Assembly: GCA_018065435.1 (NCBI GenBank)
Contig: JAGHTK010000076.1
Location: forward strand, 5,943 to 69,942
Length of the DNA stretch: 64,000 nucleotides
Source: Candidatus Alistipes equi
Lineage (GTDB): Bacteria > Bacteroidota > Bacteroidia > Bacteroidales > Rikenellaceae
Reading direction: 5' to 3'
This document shows, in pieces, positions 59,221 through 64,000 of this stretch (position 1 is the stretch's first letter; each line of letters opens with the position of its first letter). The position numbers and the translations under genes were made by a program. Under the pieces are notes generated by a model, which worked only from the letters and a program-made list of their open reading frames with translations, searched no databases and was not told the origin of the DNA.

Positions 59221-60441
59221 ATGAATAGTTTTCTGGCTAACTACAAAAGCCCACTTCTAATGATTACGGGCGTCTTAATTGGTGCAATGTGTGGTATCAT
59301 GTGGCCAAATGTAGCCCATAACCTGAAATTTATAGGGGACATTTTCTTAAACCTGCTTTTCACGCTTGTTATTCCTCTTGTTTTCTTTAGTATCACCGTG
59401 GCTTTTTATCGTCTGGTCAAAGACGGACAGATTGGAAAGATTCTTTTAAGAACATCTGCTTTCTTCATTTTAATATGGATAATCTGCGGAACGCTTTCAT
59501 ATTTTTCGATGTTTTTGTGGAATCCTTCAAGTAACTGGGACCTTCAGACAATGCTTGTTGAAAACGGTGTAGATGTTCAACCTAAAGGAAACATTCTTGT
59601 GGAGATATTCACCGTCTCGGACTTCACAATGCTTTTCAGCAAGTCACACATTATGCCTCTTGTTATATTTTCAGCACTCATAGGTACAAGTGCCGCTATG
59701 GTTTACAAAACCTCGGACAACTTCCTTAGAGTGATGGAAGGAGGAAATTCAATCATATCAAAGGCTCTGGAACTTGTTATGCGCACAGCTCCAATTGGAC
59801 TTGGTTGTTATTTTGCACATACAACAGCATCGTTCGGGGCAAATATCATAAATGACTACCTTGGAATTTTCATCATATATTGTTCCCTGGCTGCTATTGT
59901 AATATTTTTAGTCTTTCCTCTCCTTATCAGAAGTCGATACAACTGGAGCAAAGTTAAAGAATATGCCATCAATGTAACGCCACCCTCAATCACAGCATTT
60001 TCAACGGCTTCAAGTTCCGTTGCAATGCCCGGAAACATTGAGGCTGCGGTACGCACGGGCGTTCATAGCAGCATTTCAATGGCAATAGTTCCCCTTGCAA
60101 CAAATTTACTAAAGGGCGGTTCCGTTATGGCGGATGTAATCAAAGTTGTTTTTCTTATGACACTATCTAATTGCAGTGTTCAAGGCTTTGGAACTTATCT
60201 TACAATACTTGGCATTGCACTTGTTGCGGCAATCGTCTCAGGGGCAGTCACAAATGGTAGTATCACAGGAGAGATTATTGTATGCTCCATGCTTTCCATC
60301 GATCCAAAAATGGTCGGTATCATTATGATAATAGGCACAATCGTTGACATTCCGGCAACGCTTGTAAACTCTCAAGGAACAGTTGTTGCTTCACTTTTGA
60401 TTGACAAGAAAACAGACGTGGTAGATAATGAAACTAATTGA
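59221..60441 (+). CDS. Dicarboxylate/amino acid:cation symporter (DAACS)
   Basis: IGDIFLNLL..LVIPLVFFSI, APIGL, AFSTASS and DIPATLVN. Confidence 0.87.
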   Translation: MNSFLANYKSPLLMITGVLIGAMCGIMWPNVAHNLKFIGDIFLNLLFTLVIPLVFFSITVAFYRLVKDGQIGKILLRTSAFFILIWIICGTLSYFSMFLWNPSSNWDLQTMLVENGVDVQPKGNILVEIFTVSDFTMLFSKSHIMPLVIFSALIGTSAAMVYKTSDNFLRVMEGGNSIISKALELVMRTAPIGLGCYFAHTTASFGANIINDYLGIFIIYCSLAAIVIFLVFPLLIRSRYNWSKVKEYAINVTPPSITAFSTASSSVAMPGNIEAAVRTGVHSSISMAIVPLATNLLKGGSVMADVIKVVFLMTLSNCSVQGFGTYLTILGIALVAAIVSGAVTNGSITGEIIVCSMLSIDPKMVGIIMIIGTIVDIPATLVNSQGTVVASLLIDKKTDVVDNETN

Positions 60442-61216
60442 CACCCATTCTCATATATACGAACCCGAATTCGATGAAGACAGGGACGAAGTAATTGCCA
60501 GAGCCATAAATGAAGGACTCGAATACTTGCTCTTTCCTGCAATTGACCCTACGCACAACGAAATGTTGTTTTCCACAGCCAAAAAAAATCCCGCATTCAT
60601 GAAATGTATGATGGGACTACATCCTACATCTGTTTCAAGTAACTGGAAGGAGGACCTTTTTGAAACGTATTGTGCTCTGAAGAACATACCTATGGAACTT
60701 TCTCCCGTTTGCGCAATTGGTGAAATTGGTCTTGATCTATACTGGAGTACAGAATTCAAAGAAGAACAGGAAGAGGTCTTTCGCACCCAACTTGAGTGGG
60801 CATCCGAAATGGGGAAGCCCGTATCGATACATACACGCAATGCATGGACGGAGATGAAGTCGATTCTTAAGGACTTTCGGCATCGTGGCCTTTTTGGCGT
60901 TATGCATGCTTTCTCTTCCACGGTGGAAGATTTTAGGGAAATTTCCACCTATGGGGATTTCTATTTCGGTATCGGAGGCGTCGTTACCTTCAAAAAGAGT
61001 CCTCTGGCGGAAGTCTTAAAGGATATTCCCCTGGACAGAATTGTTCTTGAAACCGATTGCCCATATCTTACACCTGTGCCTTTTCGAGGAACACGCAACG
61101 AATCCTCTTACATTAAATACATCTGCGAAAAGGTTGCCCAAATTAAGGGAGTCGGCCCAGAAGAGGTGGCGAATCAAACTACAAAAACAGCAAAAAATAT
61201 TTTTTCTCTCATATGA
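60428..61216 (+). CDS. tatD: TatD family deoxyribonuclease
   Basis: IDTHSH, GLHP, AIGEIGLD, HTR and LETDCPYL. Confidence 0.92.
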   Translation: MKLIDTHSHIYEPEFDEDRDEVIARAINEGLEYLLFPAIDPTHNEMLFSTAKKNPAFMKCMMGLHPTSVSSNWKEDLFETYCALKNIPMELSPVCAIGEIGLDLYWSTEFKEEQEEVFRTQLEWASEMGKPVSIHTRNAWTEMKSILKDFRHRGLFGVMHAFSSTVEDFREISTYGDFYFGIGGVVTFKKSPLAEVLKDIPLDRIVLETDCPYLTPVPFRGTRNESSYIKYICEKVAQIKGVGPEEVANQTTKTAKNIFSLI

Positions 61217-62262
61217 CAACAAAGCCTAAAGTTCTACTTATTTACACGGGTGGTACCATTGGTATGCATCAAGACAAAAACGGACAACTCGTACCATTCG
61301 ATTTCAGCACCATAAAAGATGAATTTCCATCCTTACGCAATATCGATGTTGAATTGGGTGTATACAAAATGAAGCCTATCGATTCTTCAAACGCAAACAC
61401 CAAACTATGGAAACAGATCGCAACGGCAATAAAGAACAAATACACGATGTATGATGGTTTTGTTGTACTGCACGGAACGGACACGATGGCATATTCCGCC
61501 TCGGCTTTGAGTTTTATGCTTGACAACCTTGAAAAACCTGTTGTGTTTACGGGGAGTCAGATTCCTCTTGGTGTAATGCGAACGGACGGACGCGAAAATC
61601 TCATTACAGCCATTGAGATAGCTGCAGCAAAAGAAAAAGGTCGAGCCATTGTTCCGGAGGTTTGCCTCTATTTTCAAAACAAACTATTCCGTGGAAATCG
61701 TTCCACGAAGCTTTCTTCGGAATCTCTTGCCGCTTTCGATTCTAGAAACTACCCTGTTTTAGCAGAAGTCGGAGTAAACATCCATTACAATCGTTCTGCA
61801 ATCAGATATCCTAGCCGATGGGGACGCCTCAATAAAATTGAATCGGAACCACTGAGCATAAATACCGATATGGATGAAAATGTCGTTATCGTAAAACTAT
61901 TCCCTGGTATCTCCCCTACGACTCTTGATTCAATTTTCTCAATAAAGAATCTCAAAGGCGTAGTGTTGGAAAGTTTCGGCGCCGGCAATGCTCCCACAGC
62001 CAAGTGGTTTTTGAACGTTGTCAAAAAAGCCATTGCAAATGGAGTTACGATTCTCAACATCACACAATGTGGAGGTGGGGGTGTTGCAATGGAACTCTAC
62101 CAGACTGGAATGGAATTACAGAAGAAGGGTGTCTACAGCGGTCAAGACATGACGACCGAAGCCGCCGTTACAAAACTCATGTGGATTTTTGGACAAAAAA
62201 TGTCCGAGGAAGCAAAACTTACGGCCCTTACAACATCCCTTAAAGGAGAATGTACAGATTGA
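61213..62262 (+). CDS. ansA: Type I (cytoplasmic) L-asparaginase
   Basis: IYTGGTIGM, HGTDTMAY, TGSQ, GNR and DMTTEAAVTKL. Confidence 0.93.
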   Translation: MTTKPKVLLIYTGGTIGMHQDKNGQLVPFDFSTIKDEFPSLRNIDVELGVYKMKPIDSSNANTKLWKQIATAIKNKYTMYDGFVVLHGTDTMAYSASALSFMLDNLEKPVVFTGSQIPLGVMRTDGRENLITAIEIAAAKEKGRAIVPEVCLYFQNKLFRGNRSTKLSSESLAAFDSRNYPVLAEVGVNIHYNRSAIRYPSRWGRLNKIESEPLSINTDMDENVVIVKLFPGISPTTLDSIFSIKNLKGVVLESFGAGNAPTAKWFLNVVKKAIANGVTILNITQCGGGGVAMELYQTGMELQKKGVYSGQDMTTEAAVTKLMWIFGQKMSEEAKLTALTTSLKGECTD

Positions 62263-62291
62263 AAAGGTTTTGATAAAAATAAAAAATTTAA

Positions 62292-62299
62292 TACATTTG
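62292..62299 (+). promoter_or_regulatory. -7 element (TACATTTG) of the exbB operon
   Basis: Consensus match; TTTG at about 62269-62272. Confidence 0.55.
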
Positions 62300-62465
62300 A
62301 ATTTGATATAGTGGTATTTGTGATTGCGGAATGTTGCAACATTAGGCTAATATCATAAATATCAATAGGTTGTGCATTTTAGGTGGCTTTATCGAAAATG
62401 TACGATGGGTGTTTGTGAAGTAAAAACAAAACGAAAAAAAACAATATTTAATTAATAACACAATT

Positions 62466-63257
62466 ATGAAAAAATTACTTTTGGTACTAGCAGCTGCTGC
62501 TCTTTCTTTCAGCACTGCAATTGCACAAGAAACTCCTGCACAGGAAGCAGCTGCAACTCCAGCTGTAACTGAGGAACAGGCAGCTCCTGCAGAAGAAGCT
62601 GTTAATCCTGAGACAGACATTGAAGGTGAAACAATGCACCATGTTTTGATGCAGAAGTTCATCGAAGGTGGTTGGGGATGGATGCTTCCAATCTTGCTCT
62701 GCCTTGTTCTCGGTCTTGCAATCGTTGTTGAGCGTATTATCTATCTTATGATTGCCAACATTAATACCAAGAAGTTCACAGCTGAATTTGAAAAGGCTCT
62801 CAACGAAGGTGGCATCGACGCTGCTAAAGCTCTCTGCCGTGACACTAAAGGCCCTGTTGCTTCTATCTTCTATCAGGCATTGGAGCGTTACGATCAGGGT
62901 CTTGACGCTGTTGAAAAGTCTGTTGTTTCCTATGGTTCTGTTCAGACAGGTCAGATGGAATCAGGTCTTAGCTGGATTGGCTTGTTCATCGCTCTTTCTC
63001 CAATGTTGGGATTCATGGGTACCGTTGTCGGAATGATCGGCGCATTCGACGCAATCCAGGCTGCTGGTGATATCTCTCCAACCCTCGTTGCCGGTGGTAT
63101 CAAAGTTGCCCTTCTTACTACGTTAATGGGTCTTATTTCTGCCGTTATTCTTCAGATCTTCTACAACCTTATCATTGCTAAGATTGACGGTATTGTAAAC
63201 AACATGGAAGATGCTTCTATCTCTTTGATGGATATCCTTACAGTTTACAAAAAATAA
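62466..63257 (+). CDS. exbB: MotA/TolQ/ExbB proton channel protein
   Basis: Signal peptide and acidic linker; PMLGFMGTVVGMI and GGIKVALLTT. Confidence 0.9.
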   Translation: MKKLLLVLAAAALSFSTAIAQETPAQEAAATPAVTEEQAAPAEEAVNPETDIEGETMHHVLMQKFIEGGWGWMLPILLCLVLGLAIVVERIIYLMIANINTKKFTAEFEKALNEGGIDAAKALCRDTKGPVASIFYQALERYDQGLDAVEKSVVSYGSVQTGQMESGLSWIGLFIALSPMLGFMGTVVGMIGAFDAIQAAGDISPTLVAGGIKVALLTTLMGLISAVILQIFYNLIIAKIDGIVNNMEDASISLMDILTVYKK

Positions 63258-63282
63258 TTAGACCTTATCACTTATTTGAAAT

Positions 63283-63705
63283 ATGAAAAATTTATTAAAA
63301 ATATCGTTGATTTCTTTAATGGCAATCACTGTTGTCTTGGTAGCTTATGCTATTTTGACATCAGGTAGTGATACTGCTGTTAGCATCAACATCATATGGG
63401 GATACATCCTATTTGGATTTTCTCTACTTGTTGCTGTGGTTGCTGCCATTAAAGATATGTTCACCAATACTGCAGGTGTCAAAAAGACGCTTTTGTCCGT
63501 CATTTTGATTGTAGTAGTCATCGGCGCTGCAATTGCAATCTCTGCAAGCCACAAAGGCCTGACTATTCCTAACTCTGAAGGTGGTGTTTTTGATGACCCA
63601 TTCGAGCTGATTATTACCGAGACTAGCATCATCGTTACTTACGTTGCATTCGTTGCAGCTATCGTTGTTGCTTTGTATTCTGTAGTTAGAAACGCTTTGA
63701 AGTAA
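63283..63705 (+). CDS. Hypothetical 4-TM membrane protein of the exbB-exbD operon
   Basis: Four hydrophobic segments; position between exbB and exbD as seen in Bacteroidales. Confidence 0.75.
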   Translation: MKNLLKISLISLMAITVVLVAYAILTSGSDTAVSINIIWGYILFGFSLLVAVVAAIKDMFTNTAGVKKTLLSVILIVVVIGAAIAISASHKGLTIPNSEGGVFDDPFELIITETSIIVTYVAFVAAIVVALYSVVRNALK

Positions 63706-63722
63706 TAAGAAAGGATAAATTT

Positions 63723-64000
63723 ATGCCAACAGATAAAAGAAAAGTACCTGAAGTCAATAGTAGCTCCCAAGCCGATATTGCATTCTCGTTGCTTATCTTC
63801 TTCCTTGTTGCAACAACAATGAACGTTGATACGGGTATCGTTCGCGTATTGCCACCTATTCCTGATCCTAATGTAAAGCAGGAGGATATCAAGGTTAAAG
63901 AGCGTAACCTCTTCCTTGTATTCGTATCAGGTAGCGGTAATATCATGGCTCAGGGCGAATTTATCCAGCTCAAGCAGTTGAAAGACAAGGCAAAGGAATT
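63723..64000 (+). CDS. exbD: ExbD/TolR family protein (3' end outside window); not in the ORF track
   Basis: Manual translation MPTDKRKVPEVNSSSQADIAFSLLIFFLVATTMNVDTGIVRVLPP... Confidence 0.88.
   Translation, partial: MPTDKRKVPEVNSSSQADIAFSLLIFFLVATTMNVDTGIVRVLPPIPDPNVKQEDIKVKERNLFLVFVSGSGNIMAQGEFIQLKQLKDKAKE

Noticed and set aside
1-64000. Invertible promoters, prophage, IS elements, rRNA
   Set aside because: No recombinase, transposase or phage genes, no inverted repeats bracketing a promoter, and no non-coding gap long enough for rRNA

Overview
Gene-dense chromosomal segment of a Bacteroidota genome, probably Bacteroidales (Rikenellaceae/Alistipes-like). The assignment rests on recurrent TAnnTTTG -7 promoter elements, the rpmB-rpmG-DUF4295 cluster and a GT3-GT35 glycogen fusion. 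Content is mostly housekeeping: ribosomal proteins, an RND efflux operon, an aldA-lutA-lutB/C lactate operon, cinA, pgi, an mreBCD-mrdA-rodA cluster joined to murG-murC-ftsQ-ftsA-ftsZ, a glycogen locus, hemW, pckA, nadB, prfC, tRNA-Cys, tatD, ansA and exbB/exbD. I saw no CRISPR array, integrase, transposase or prophage. The best candidate for an undescribed system is at 53.2-59.0 kb. There, a WYL-domain regulator, an atypical UvrD/PcrA helicase and a DJ-1 protein are transcribed divergently from a long RelA/SpoT homologue whose synthetase Asp is naturally replaced by Gly, and a 13-bp direct repeat overlaps the WYL promoter. Other notable points are a probable ~10 kb insertion between cinA and rpmB, a LutB-LutC fusion, and several intact ORFs with eroded active-site motifs (DHODH-like, ureohydrolase, FKBP, debranching enzyme). 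All calls come from motif recognition by eye; no database searches were run.
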